Of a DNA stretch of 64,000 nt, positions 1-9,528 are shown one piece after another. The translations under genes were made by a program, and so were the position numbers. Position 1 is the first letter of the stretch. Every line of letters starts with the position of its first letter. The stretch lies in the IMG/VR virus record IMGVR_UViG_3300032007_001727; one strand, 5' to 3'. The stretch is from a virus (Duplodnaviria > Caudoviricetes). Below the pieces are notes generated by a model. That model did not search any database and was not told the origin of the DNA. It saw only the letters and a program-made list of their open reading frames with translations.

Positions 1-163
1 GCATTTTTATTGCAAGTTTAAAATGCTCGCCATCATTTATTACATAATTACCATTACAGGCATAAATAGTTTCTGCTGTATCTAACATTTCTTTACTTGT
101 ATAACCAACAAATTCCATATTACTGATATTTATTATTATAATTGTTGCAAAATTAAAGAAATT

Positions 164-1114
164 ATGGATAACAACCAAATAAATGGGCAGAAAAATAACA
201 AAAAGGCATATTGCCCAAATATGTTTTTTGATAATGGCACTGTAAGTATTGGTGAATTCAAGACATTGGATGATGCAATGAACTTCCCAATAAAGGAGAT
301 TTGGTGTATCAACAGAACTGAGGATAATAAATTTCAATCATACCAATCACAAGGGTCTAGACTTCTAATTATTTGTAGTTGGAATAGAAGCATCCAAGAC
401 ACGTTGAAATTTGTGATGGCAGTGATTCACAAGAACAAAGTTGGTAAGATTTACTATTGGGGTATGGATGATTTACCATTATATCCTGAAGAAAAAAAGA
501 ATCAATTTGAAGGTAGTCTTGGTGACGATGCAACATACACATTATATCAAATAGCAAATAACAGATTAAATTGTAATACAAATATGAATAAGAAACTTAT
601 AAGATTAACAGAGAATGACCTTCACAAGATTGTGAAAGAGTCTGTAAAGAGAGTACTGAGAGAAACTGCACATGACATTAATTCACCTGAATACAAACAA
701 ATGTATGACAGTGGTATTGAAGATATGTGGGGGAATTATGACAACCCAGATATGGAGTATGAACCATATGCTGAAAAGTTCTTGAATACGCCAAATGCAT
801 CACAAAACTTTAAAGAGTTTCCAAGACAAAGTGTCAAAAGAGATTTGGATTTTGACCCGTTATCAAATAAAGGAATGCGGCGTTACTATGACCAAAAAAG
901 ATTAGATAAGATTAGGAATAAAAAATACGTTGAAGATAGGTATGATGAAGCATTGAAAGGCCTTATGCGCCTTCATATCGTCAAGCAATTTGGACAAGAC
1001 CCAAGAACATTAAGTAAAGAAGAAGTTGTTGATTTGTATGATGGTTATATGAATGAACGTGGTAGAGCAGCAGAACGAACAAGAGAACTTAACGCCCGTG
1101 ATAATGAGTTCTAA
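164..1114 (+). CDS. Hypothetical phage protein; second half (Met at 584) begins with the KKLIRLTExDLHxIVKESV leader motif
   Basis: 316-aa ORF with GATATTTAT at 125-133 upstream. The internal motif is nearly identical to the N-terminus of 32075..32470. Confidence 0.6.
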   Translation: MDNNQINGQKNNKKAYCPNMFFDNGTVSIGEFKTLDDAMNFPIKEIWCINRTEDNKFQSYQSQGSRLLIICSWNRSIQDTLKFVMAVIHKNKVGKIYYWGMDDLPLYPEEKKNQFEGSLGDDATYTLYQIANNRLNCNTNMNKKLIRLTENDLHKIVKESVKRVLRETAHDINSPEYKQMYDSGIEDMWGNYDNPDMEYEPYAEKFLNTPNASQNFKEFPRQSVKRDLDFDPLSNKGMRRYYDQKRLDKIRNKKYVEDRYDEALKGLMRLHIVKQFGQDPRTLSKEEVVDLYDGYMNERGRAAERTRELNARDNEF

Positions 1115-2106
1115 GCAGCAACCAATCCCACTCTAATCTCATCCCAAGTCCTAACCAAACCAATAGACTTAACAAACATATCTGAAAAGCGTTCGGATTC
1201 GGACGCTTTTCTTGTGTTCCAGCGGTACACAGCCTCGTCAATGTAAGACTGCAAATGCTCGTCAGATACATCGTGATAGCAACCGACTATCATTCTACGG
1301 AAGTGGCTCCAGAAGCCCTCAATGGAGTTGGTAAAGATGTCACCGTTGGCATACTCCTCAGCCTCGTGCTTTACCACTGCATGAGTATATCCCAACTCAG
1401 CAAGACCATTGTAGGCTGACAGTTCATCAGTGATAACTCTTGAACCATCAGCAACGAACTGCTGAATGATGGGCTGCAAGGTAGCCTTATCCGTCTTCTC
1501 CACAACAAATGCGTGAACATACGTGATAGACTCTTCTTCACCCTTACTGTTGATAAAGGTGCTGCGCTCCATCATACCGAAGACAGGTGTCTTGGTCTTT
1601 GTGGAACGACCTTGGGTCTTAGGTGTACGCATTGACTTGTGCTTCCATTTCTCCTTACCACCGATGTACGCCTCATCACACTCCACAGTACCCTCAAATG
1701 CTTCTGCATCACTCTGAGGATAAAGAAGACGTATCTTCTGAAGCATATACCAAGCAGTTGACTGAGTAACAGAAAGGTCACGGCTCAACTGATGACTGCT
1801 GATACCCTTCTTATGGGAAGATATAAGATACATGGCAACGAACCACTTGATGAGTGGCAACTTGGTATTCTCGAAGATAGTACCAACAAGGCAAGAAAAG
1901 TTCTTGTTGCACTCAGTGCAGTGGAAACGTCCGTTCTTGGACATCTTGCAGTGATGTTTACCACAATATGGGCAAACAACGTCTTGTTCATTGCCAATAC
2001 CCCAACGACTTTCAACGATGGCTTGCTTACACTTCTCTTCAGATGTGAAATACGCTGTGAGTGAAATGATGTTGTTGAATTTCTTGAAATTAATCATATG
2101 CTGCAT
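1111..2106 (-). CDS. IS1595-family (ISXO2-like) DDE transposase
   Basis: N-terminal Zn ribbon CPYCG...CTEC, then GTIFENTKLPL..WF, VECDEAYIGG, VITDE, TNSIEGFWS, YIDEAVYRWN, all typical of IS1595. Confidence 0.92.
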   Translation of the reverse strand: MQHMINFKKFNNIISLTAYFTSEEKCKQAIVESRWGIGNEQDVVCPYCGKHHCKMSKNGRFHCTECNKNFSCLVGTIFENTKLPLIKWFVAMYLISSHKKGISSHQLSRDLSVTQSTAWYMLQKIRLLYPQSDAEAFEGTVECDEAYIGGKEKWKHKSMRTPKTQGRSTKTKTPVFGMMERSTFINSKGEEESITYVHAFVVEKTDKATLQPIIQQFVADGSRVITDELSAYNGLAELGYTHAVVKHEAEEYANGDIFTNSIEGFWSHFRRMIVGCYHDVSDEHLQSYIDEAVYRWNTRKASESERFSDMFVKSIGLVRTWDEIRVGLVAA

Positions 2107-2179
2107 TGTTTCTCAATTACAATGCAAATATACGAAAAAAACGGGACATAGAAAAGTCCCGTATACCTATAAATAAGCC
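1111..2179 (-). mobile_element. IS1595-family insertion sequence; only one end visible
   Basis: Candidate terminal inverted repeat GGCTTATTTATAGGTATAC (minus strand, 2161-2179) upstream of the transposase. No matching partner end found in the window. Confidence 0.6.
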
Positions 2180-2455
2180 GATTTTGTGCCAACTGCTATA
2201 TTATTGCCTAAGGAAATTGTCGGGGCTTTTCTTAATGAAATCGAAAGTGAAAACTATGAGAATGGTTTGAACTGTGAAGAACTCACGGCAAAACTAGGTG
2301 ACTTAAGAACTCTGAAGGAACTTCTCTCAAAGTAGAAGAAACAAAGTGAAGGAAACCCACAGCAATTTTATATAGTTTCAGAATAAAGGATTTTAAACTC
2401 AAGGTTTCCTATAAAAATTAAAAAAGGTGAGCGAAAAAATGCTCACCTTTTATTG

Positions 2456-3199
2456 TTATTGTTTAACCTTGGTCCAATTATATAAACCTAAGTAATAAGC
2501 ACTTGTTCCCATCCAAACGTCATATCCACTGCTACCTTGTGGAACATAAAGAGTACCACCCGTCTTAACATTTTGGAAAGTATTACTTTGTATTGTTGGT
2601 GCTGTTGTGGCAAGCGAGGTTATACTTGTTAAACCGTAACAACGTTCGAAAGCACTACCACCAATGCTTGTGATACCACTGCCAATTGTACAACTTGTCA
2701 TGGCAGAACAACCACTGAAAGTGTTTTGACCAATACTTGTAACACCATTTGGTATTGTTATGCTTGATAAACTGAAACAACCATAGAAAGCAGCGGCACC
2801 AATGCTTGTAACACTGTCCGGAATTGTTATGCTTGATAAACTACGACATTGATAGAAAACCAATTCACCAATTCTTGTAACACTGTCCGGAATTGTTATG
2901 CTTGTTAAACCGGAACAACTATTGAAAGCCCAATCACCAATGGTTGTACAAAGTCCACCAATTTCAGCACTAACACAAGTTGCGCTGTATGGTTTTGTCA
3001 TTGCGCTTGTTAATGTTCCACTTCCTTCAAGTTTAACAACTTCACCATTGCTAAGGGTTAATTTACATAATGGGGGGGGGGTAGGATTGTAGTGGACATC
3101 ACCCTCAGCAACACAAAGTGATACGTTTGGCTTGGGATAATCCGTGGCAACGTATGCTGTATAATCGGCATGCGTTGCAAATTCTTTAACGTACTTCAT
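2456..3199 (-). CDS. BspA-type (LRR_5) leucine-rich-repeat protein, copy 1; G10 tract in frame
   Basis: Repeats of C..LTSITIPDSVTSIG..AF. N- and C-termini shared with three paralogues. Confidence 0.9.
   Translation of the reverse strand: MKYVKEFATHADYTAYVATDYPKPNVSLCVAEGDVHYNPTPPPLCKLTLSNGEVVKLEGSGTLTSAMTKPYSATCVSAEIGGLCTTIGDWAFNSCSGLTSITIPDSVTRIGELVFYQCRSLSSITIPDSVTSIGAAAFYGCFSLSSITIPNGVTSIGQNTFSGCSAMTSCTIGSGITSIGGSAFERCYGLTSITSLATTAPTIQSNTFQNVKTGGTLYVPQGSSGYDVWMGTSAYYLGLYNWTKVKQ
3072..3081. repeat. G10 homopolymer in BspA copy 1 (Pro linker)
   Basis: taa-t-G10-tagg. Confidence 0.9.
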
Positions 3200-3240
3200 A
3201 ATTATTATTTTTAAAGATTTTAATATAAGTTATTTTCTTT

Positions 3241-3281
3241 ATAAATATCTTGTTATTTTCATATTTTTTATATATCTTTGC
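3241..3281. promoter_or_regulatory. Back-to-back promoters: GATATTTAT (minus strand, BspA) overlapping CTTG-N20-TATCTTTG (plus strand)
   Basis: Same arrangement at about 15518-15567 and 22215-22256. TAnnTTTG is the Bacteroidota primary-sigma -7 element. Confidence 0.7.
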
Positions 3282-3321
3282 AATAGTTAAAAAAATGTTA
3301 AATTTAAATTATAATAAAATT

Positions 3322-3690
3322 ATGCTTTTAAGTGATTTGAAAAATAAAATCGGGGAAACCGTTGATGGTTATGAGATAAAAGGTCTTAAATTGGTCCCGG
3401 CTAGGTTCCAAATTTTAAGAAAACTATCATCAACCGATGATTTGGTTCTAATGAAAGTTGATAAGTTAGGTAGAAACTTATTCAGTTTTTATTTAATGTC
3501 AAGGTACCAAGAAGATACGGATAGAATTCCTAACCATAATTTTTACGGTTATGGTAACGGCACAACCTTTTTCGACGCCGAAGTTGCATATAATGCATTG
3601 TTGGCAAAAATTCACGAAAAAAAGAGAGAACTTGGTAAGGCTGAATTTGAATTACAAAAAACAATGCACAATGTCTTGTCCGTTCTGTGA
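3322..3690 (+). CDS. Hypothetical protein
   Basis: ORF after a promoter and A-rich leader. Confidence 0.6.
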   Translation: MLLSDLKNKIGETVDGYEIKGLKLVPARFQILRKLSSTDDLVLMKVDKLGRNLFSFYLMSRYQEDTDRIPNHNFYGYGNGTTFFDAEVAYNALLAKIHEKKRELGKAEFELQKTMHNVLSVL

Positions 3691-4042
3691 TATTAAGAAG
3701 GATTCAATTATATTTGATGGTGATAATTGGGTTGGCGTGAAGGATGGATTTCCGGTTTCAGAAGGACATACTCTGTTAATTCCAAAAAGGCACTGCGAAA
3801 CATTCTTTGATTTAAACAACGATGAGTTAACTGAATTGGTTTCGTATTGCATTCCAACAATAAAGGAGATATTGGATGGGGAATATCATCCGGACGGTTA
3901 TAATATCGGCGCAAATTGTGGAACCGCTAGCGGACAAACCGTAATGCACTGCCATATTCACATCATACCAAGATATAATGGTGACGTGGATGACCCTAGA
4001 GGTGGAGTGAGAGGTGTAATTCCAAAAAAACAAAAATATTAA
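3671..4042 (+). CDS. HIT-family nucleotide hydrolase
   Basis: CPFC, FPVSEGHTLLIPKRH, GQTVMHCHIHIIPRY histidine triad. Confidence 0.92.
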   Translation: MSCPFCDIKKDSIIFDGDNWVGVKDGFPVSEGHTLLIPKRHCETFFDLNNDELTELVSYCIPTIKEILDGEYHPDGYNIGANCGTASGQTVMHCHIHIIPRYNGDVDDPRGGVRGVIPKKQKY

Positions 4043-4140
4043 GGTGAATGACAATTTTTAACATACAAAGTCTTGCGGAATTCAAAAATTTTATATATCT
4101 TTGCAACGTAAATAAAAACAACGTTATACACTAAGTAATA

Positions 4141-4352
4141 GACACGTTCGGAGGCTGTCGAGGAGTTTCAAGTTTCTTCTCTTTTTTCACAGTTGCGTAA
4201 ACTTGAGGTACGGGCCGAACCAAAGAAGCCTTGGCTGGGTTGTCGGATTTCGAGCCATGCGGGTAAATTTCAATAAACCGTCCGTCCATACCGCGTTAAG
4301 GTTGCTGTTTTTTTCCATTAGGGGGTTGTACAGCGCTAGCACAAACAACCCA
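4141..4352 (+). ncRNA. Putative structured non-coding RNA
   Basis: Directly downstream of a TATCTTTG promoter and GC-richer than its flanks. Nested pairings GTTCGG/CCGAAC, TCAAGTTT/AAACTTGA, GGGTTGT/ACAACCC. Confidence 0.4.
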
Positions 4353-4354
4353 AA

Positions 4355-4427
4355 CGCCCAATCGTCTATTGGTAAGACACCATATTATATTAATTTGGGA
4401 AATGAGGTTCGAATCCTCAGAGGGCAC
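4355..4427 (+). tRNA. Degenerate tRNA-like gene with no valid anticodon loop
   Basis: GCCC...GGGC acceptor, D arm GTCT-ATTGGTA-AGAC, T arm TGAGG-TTCGAAT-CCTCA. Anticodon arm is the AT-rich CCATATTATATTAATTTGG. Confidence 0.65.
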
Positions 4428-4452
4428 AAAGATAGTTTAATAAGCATTCACA

Positions 4453-5427
4453 ATGAATCAAGAGAGACCATCAATTACGGATATTTTCAGCGCAATGACA
4501 GCCAATCAGACAATGGCGGTTGCAAAGGAAGAAAAAAATCCAACCAAACTTTGGAAAGAGTTTTGGATTGAGAATGAGGTGTGTTGTCTCTTTGCTGATG
4601 CCAATGTTGGCAAGAGTATTCTTGCCGTACAAATAGGAAACTACATATCCGAAAACATATTAAAGGATAATGAAACGGTATTGTATTATGATTTTGAATT
4701 AAGCAAGAAACAATTCGAATTAAGATACACTGACAAAGAGTCAAAAAAGCCGTTTAATTTCAGTGACCGATTCATAAGAGTTGAACTTGACAGTGATGTG
4801 GTTAGGGATTATTGCGAATACAGCAAGAAACCGTTTGATGAGGTTATTATCCAAGCCATTGAGGCAAATATATCCAAGTATAACTCAAGAGTCCTTATTG
4901 TGGACAATCTAAGTTGGCTTGTAAATATGAAGGATACTGCCACAACTGCCGGAAAGTTAATGAAGAACTTGTGCAATATCAAAAAGAAATATAATGTAAG
5001 CATATTGGTTCTTTCACACACACCAAAACGTAATCTTGGCTCACCGCTCACGCAAAATAGTTTAAGTGGCAGCAAGAAACTGACAAATTTCTTTGATGCA
5101 ATGTTTGCCGTCGGTATGAGTATTAAGGATTCTTCCCTAAGGTATCTTAAGCAAATCAAGGTCCGGACCGGGGAATTCAAATATGGAGAAGACCACGTCG
5201 CAATGTGCAAGATAGAAAAGGATGGCCCGTTCCTAGGGTTCAAGATGCTTGGCTTCTCAACGGAGAAGGAAGAACTAAAGGCACCCTCCGGCAAGAATAA
5301 ACCAAGTGTCAAGTCGAAAAGAAACACAACTAAAAAGAAACGTGGTAAGAGGTTCAAGAGTGAACTGACGAATTTCCAAATTGACATGGTTGAAAAAATG
5401 GTTGAAGATGCCTTTTCAAGCCTTTAA
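4453..5427 (+). CDS. AAA_25/RecA-superfamily P-loop ATPase
   Basis: Walker A LFADANVGKS, YDFELS, Walker B LIVDN, VLSHTPK. Confidence 0.8.
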   Translation: MNQERPSITDIFSAMTANQTMAVAKEEKNPTKLWKEFWIENEVCCLFADANVGKSILAVQIGNYISENILKDNETVLYYDFELSKKQFELRYTDKESKKPFNFSDRFIRVELDSDVVRDYCEYSKKPFDEVIIQAIEANISKYNSRVLIVDNLSWLVNMKDTATTAGKLMKNLCNIKKKYNVSILVLSHTPKRNLGSPLTQNSLSGSKKLTNFFDAMFAVGMSIKDSSLRYLKQIKVRTGEFKYGEDHVAMCKIEKDGPFLGFKMLGFSTEKEELKAPSGKNKPSVKSKRNTTKKKRGKRFKSELTNFQIDMVEKMVEDAFSSL

Positions 5428-5556
5428 CATTTATTAACATTCAAAGTCTTGCGGAATTCAAAAATTTTATATATCTTTGCAACGTAAACAAAAACCCGCA
5501 ACCTAGTTGCGATGAATTAACTAACTATTTTATAAACCTTTAAAACTTTTAAAACA

Positions 5557-5901
5557 ATGGGAAAGTTTTTACAGATGATGAGTCAGAATGACTCGAAGGC
5601 TCTTGTAGCACGTGCGTCACAAATCAACACTCAAGCAAAGATTGCTCAAGAGGAAGTTATCCACAAACTCAAGATTGAGAAGACCAACGTGGAAATGAAG
5701 ATTCAAGGTCTCACTGACTTTGCTCCCGACACCACCGATTCTCTCCGTCCCGGCGTAAAGGGTTGGAACCCCAACACATGGGCCGCTGACTTGCAAGAGG
5801 CCAAGACTCGTCTCTATGAGATTGGTATTGAGTTGAAGATTGCTCAGTCCACCTTTGACGAGTTCTTCGGCGGCGATGACGATGCAGCCGGTGAGGACTA
5901 A
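5557..5901 (+). CDS. Hypothetical coiled-coil protein
   Basis: Own promoter (near-copy of 4057-4112) and a hairpin terminator at about 5920-5955. Confidence 0.75.
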   Translation: MGKFLQMMSQNDSKALVARASQINTQAKIAQEEVIHKLKIEKTNVEMKIQGLTDFAPDTTDSLRPGVKGWNPNTWAADLQEAKTRLYEIGIELKIAQSTFDEFFGGDDDAAGED

Positions 5902-5988
5902 TCGTTCCCTCTGTGTGACAAGAATGGTGGTCACTATTGTGCCACCATTCTTTTTAAAGAAACTATTAATTATTTAAACAAAAAAGTT

Positions 5989-6552
5989 ATGTGGAATTAC
6001 GTAAGACTTCGTTCTAATCAAAGCCCAATGGCTAGCATTTTGTCTGATTGCACCAACAAGGCAAACTTGCAACTAGTAATCTACCATTTGAGTGAGAACC
6101 ACGTCGAGTGTGCAACGGTTCGTTCTGAGTCTGAGGCAAGAGCCTTTAACTTGGATAACAATACCGCTAGTCAAATCTCCCGTGATGCCGTTCATGGTCC
6201 GCATGCAATACTCGCATACGACATGGCAAATTCAACAGTCTATCTCATTGACAGTGTCAAGGACTTGGTGGTTGCTTCTGCTGTTCTCCTCTGTGTGGTG
6301 ACAGAATTGTTAGGTGCACAAGTTAGCGTTGGCCGTGGTGTCCGTGAGGAACGTATGGGTGAGGTTGAGCCTAACACTCCAAACCAACGACCTAACCGTG
6401 AGGTAGCAATGCGAGACTCTAGGGGCCGTTTTGTTCCTAGGAGAAATGAGGATGCTTGTTGCAACGACGAGCCTTGGAAGAATCCGCCAACGCCATCAGC
6501 ACTTGAGTGTGGTGGTCTGTTGAACCGTCGATTCAGACTAGGCAAGCATTAA
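5989..6552 (+). CDS. Hypothetical protein
   Basis: 187-aa ORF with an A-rich leader and a hairpin after the stop. Confidence 0.7.
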   Translation: MWNYVRLRSNQSPMASILSDCTNKANLQLVIYHLSENHVECATVRSESEARAFNLDNNTASQISRDAVHGPHAILAYDMANSTVYLIDSVKDLVVASAVLLCVVTELLGAQVSVGRGVREERMGEVEPNTPNQRPNREVAMRDSRGRFVPRRNEDACCNDEPWKNPPTPSALECGGLLNRRFRLGKH

Positions 6553-6935
6553 TCCGATTTAACATTGACCCACCACTTTGGAGAATGTGTGGTGGGTCTT
6601 TGTATTGAACCCATTAAGGTTTAAAATATCTGTTGAATTATTGATTTAGGTCAAAATAATGCTCATTTTTCGTATTTAACCCTTCTTAAAGATAGAAATT
6701 TGAATCCAAATTAATATATATTATTGGTGCAAATTAAAAATAAGGGGAAACCCAACTTAAAAAAGGGAAAAATGATGAAGAAGATTGCAAATTTTTTTAC
6801 TGCTTGGATAAATAGCAGTTCTATGACTCCTACCGGAGTAATTCCAATGATTAGATAATCAGAAATTATCTTTTCATTTTTTGAAAGAAAATTCTTAAAA
6901 ACCAAATAAATTAAAAAAATTAAATTTAAAAGAAG

Positions 6936-7109
6936 ATGAAAAAGATTTTATTTTTTGTAATGGCCTTAGTTGCCATGGTTGTTACTTCTTGCAATTGCAA
7001 GACAAGTAAGTGCGAGACTCTAGCAGACGAGGATAGTGTTGAAGTAGTCAATGACACCGTTGTTCTTGACACGGCTGTTGTTGTTACTGACACTCTCGCT
7101 GTTGAGTAG
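6936..7109 (+). CDS. Small lipoprotein (57 aa, absent from the ORF track)
   Basis: MKKILFFVMALVAMVVTSC signal peptide II, followed by an acidic tail with DSV, DTV, DTA and DTL. Confidence 0.75.
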   Translation: MKKILFFVMALVAMVVTSCNCKTSKCETLADEDSVEVVNDTVVLDTAVVVTDTLAVE

Positions 7110-7260
7110 TCTTCAAAACGAAGAAAATAACAATTAAATAGCACCAAGTGGTATACGTCAAGTTTCCACTTGGTGTTTTTTTTTTGGTTTAAAAAGAATG
7201 ATAAACTTGTTTTTTTCATATTTTTTATATATCTTTGCACCAAAGTAAAAAATAAAAATC

Positions 7261-7794
7261 ATGAACAAATTTAAGATTATTGCTTGTGTTAACAAGAAAA
7301 ACGTCATTGGTAAGAATGGTAAACTAATCTATACCATTGGTAATGACTTGGCAAACTTTGCTAGTATGACAAAGTTTAACGGCGTATTGGTTATGGGGAG
7401 AAAGACGTTCGAAAGCCTCCCGAATGGTGAGCCGCTTAAGGATAGGGTCAATATCATACTGACCGGTAATGAGGATTACGGGGTTGACCCCAAATATGAT
7501 AACGTATATATCGCCCATTCCGTTGGTGATGTTGTCGAATTATGCGAAGCATTTTTCTATGACAAGGAATTGTTTGTAGTAGGCGGTCAGTCCATATACA
7601 GCCAATTTATGGATTTGGGCCTCGTGGATGAAATGCGACTGACAATCGTTAACGATGAAGAGGACGGTGATGTCACGTTTCCGGAATTTGATGAAAACGA
7701 ATGGTACACATATTATAAGTCAATGGCCCAAACTAGTTCATTTGAAGGTGTTGAGCGTTCATTCTATTTCAAGATTTTAAAGCGTAAATTCTAG
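7261..7794 (+). CDS. folA: Dihydrofolate reductase
   Basis: IIAC...VIGKNGKL, VMGRKTFESLP, PLKDRVNIILT, VVGGQSIY, GDVTFPEF. Confidence 0.93.
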   Translation: MNKFKIIACVNKKNVIGKNGKLIYTIGNDLANFASMTKFNGVLVMGRKTFESLPNGEPLKDRVNIILTGNEDYGVDPKYDNVYIAHSVGDVVELCEAFFYDKELFVVGGQSIYSQFMDLGLVDEMRLTIVNDEEDGDVTFPEFDENEWYTYYKSMAQTSSFEGVERSFYFKILKRKF

Positions 7795-7805
7795 ATAGCC
7801 ATCAA

Positions 7806-8051
7806 ATGTCGAAAAAAAAGAATGACCATTCCATAGATATTAGAGATATATGTTATTTCGTTGACCATGTACATGACATAGATTTCAGAGTATCCTTAAT
7901 AAAGGACTTGGGTTATTCAATAGGTGTAAATGTGGCAACGGAAAACTCTAAATTAAAAGAAGTTACGATTGGTAAGAGAAACGAAATAAGGATACAGATA
8001 ACCCCAAGAACGAAACATTCTAAATTAGTAAAGTGTGCCATTATCCGTTAA
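7806..8051 (+). CDS. Hypothetical protein
   Basis: ORF in operon with DHFR. Confidence 0.6.
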   Translation: MSKKKNDHSIDIRDICYFVDHVHDIDFRVSLIKDLGYSIGVNVATENSKLKEVTIGKRNEIRIQITPRTKHSKLVKCAIIR

Positions 8052-8134
8052 AAAAGGTTAATGGTTGACTGATAACTTGTTTTTGTGAAATAAATTATAT
8101 ATCTTTGCACAAAAAAACTTTAAAACATTAAATA

Positions 8135-9520
8135 ATGACTGATTCACAGACCCTACATGAGAACGGCAGCAATGTTGCCGATGTCGAGAAAAATGAAAAT
8201 GCCGTCAACACATCCAATGGTGTTGAGAAAAACGGTGAGACAAATGGTGATGGTAAGACCACTGAGGAAACAAGCAGTGCTCAAAGTGACCCGGAACCCT
8301 CTACTGCTGTGGAAAGTAAGAGTGTCGTAAATAATGACCCTAGGGATGACGATATGGGCTTGAAATTCCTTAATAAGGATTTCGTATATGAATGTATGTC
8401 GGTTCCGTCTCACAGTAAGAAAGAGTTTAGAATGGTAATATTCATAATTCTTTGGGCTAGACGCAACCACATCAAGTATGAATTCGATGAGTACGGAAAC
8501 GTATATCTCACAAAGGGTGTGCTCAGTGAAGGCGAATTCTATCCATGTGTCACTTCTCACATGGACACGGTACAAGACCGACAAGACCCATACATATATG
8601 CCGGTGTGCCCCTTGACCTAAAGACGGAACTAACGGCAGATAATAGACACAAGATAAGTGTGGACTCCCACGGCGGAGCATCAATTGGAATAGGTGCTGA
8701 CGATAAGGGCGGTATCTGTATATGTTTATCAATGTTTAAGCATATTGATAAATTGAAGGCTTGTTTCTTCCTTGATGAGGAAAGCGGGTGCAACGGCTCA
8801 AATAATCTATCCACAGAATGGTTCAAGGATGTCGGTTATGTTATCGGATATGATTCTCCGGACTTGCATAGGGCCGCTTGGTCTTGCAGTGGGGTGAAGT
8901 TATTCAGTTATGAGTTCTATACCGAGCACATGAAGGAAGTGTGTGACAAGTGGGGTCTAGTCAAAGGATGCTTCTTCTCAGAGCCATACACAGATGTTAA
9001 GAATATCCGTGAAAAAACCGATATTATATGTATGAATTTTGGTAATGGCGGATACAATGCACACATGCCGGGTGAATACAGTATAATTGAAGATATGGAC
9101 CATGCTTGCGGAATGGGTGTGGAACTTATACAGTCAATTGGGTGCACGGAGCATAAATTGAAGCACCTTGGCTCTAATAAATCCGCCATACAATACAGAC
9201 GGACCGAAAATGGGACCTACGAGCCTATCACAAACGATGATACATCGTTGCTCAGAAGTTTGGGTGATGACACTAGGTACGGCGGTAAGGGTTCAACTAC
9301 GACGAGTTCGGCCACTACCTATCGCACGGTCACCAAGAAGGAAGATGAACTTAAGTTTGACAGTGTCAAGTACATCGTAAACCGTTACGACTCCCATATT
9401 CTTGCTATTAAGGAAGAATTGATTAGGGACATCAAGAAACACTGTAAGAAACTTAAGGTTGATTTCAGTGAGATTGAAAAGATTATAGAGGAAAAATTTA
9501 ACAACGAAATTAAATTCTAA
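8135..9520 (+). CDS. M28/M20-clan zinc peptidase-like protein
   Basis: Metal-ligand motifs SHMDTV, GADDKGG, DEESG and C-terminal GYNAH. Confidence 0.8.
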   Translation: MTDSQTLHENGSNVADVEKNENAVNTSNGVEKNGETNGDGKTTEETSSAQSDPEPSTAVESKSVVNNDPRDDDMGLKFLNKDFVYECMSVPSHSKKEFRMVIFIILWARRNHIKYEFDEYGNVYLTKGVLSEGEFYPCVTSHMDTVQDRQDPYIYAGVPLDLKTELTADNRHKISVDSHGGASIGIGADDKGGICICLSMFKHIDKLKACFFLDEESGCNGSNNLSTEWFKDVGYVIGYDSPDLHRAAWSCSGVKLFSYEFYTEHMKEVCDKWGLVKGCFFSEPYTDVKNIREKTDIICMNFGNGGYNAHMPGEYSIIEDMDHACGMGVELIQSIGCTEHKLKHLGSNKSAIQYRRTENGTYEPITNDDTSLLRSLGDDTRYGGKGSTTTSSATTYRTVTKKEDELKFDSVKYIVNRYDSHILAIKEELIRDIKKHCKKLKVDFSEIEKIIEEKFNNEIKF

Positions 9521-9528
9521 CGTTTATT

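Noticed and set aside
4203-4571. ORF-track calls over ncRNA and repeat regions (4203-4571, 53418-53776, 57188-57370) and the many antisense ORFs
   Set aside because: They overlap structured RNAs, repeats or better-supported genes and lack the A-rich leader.
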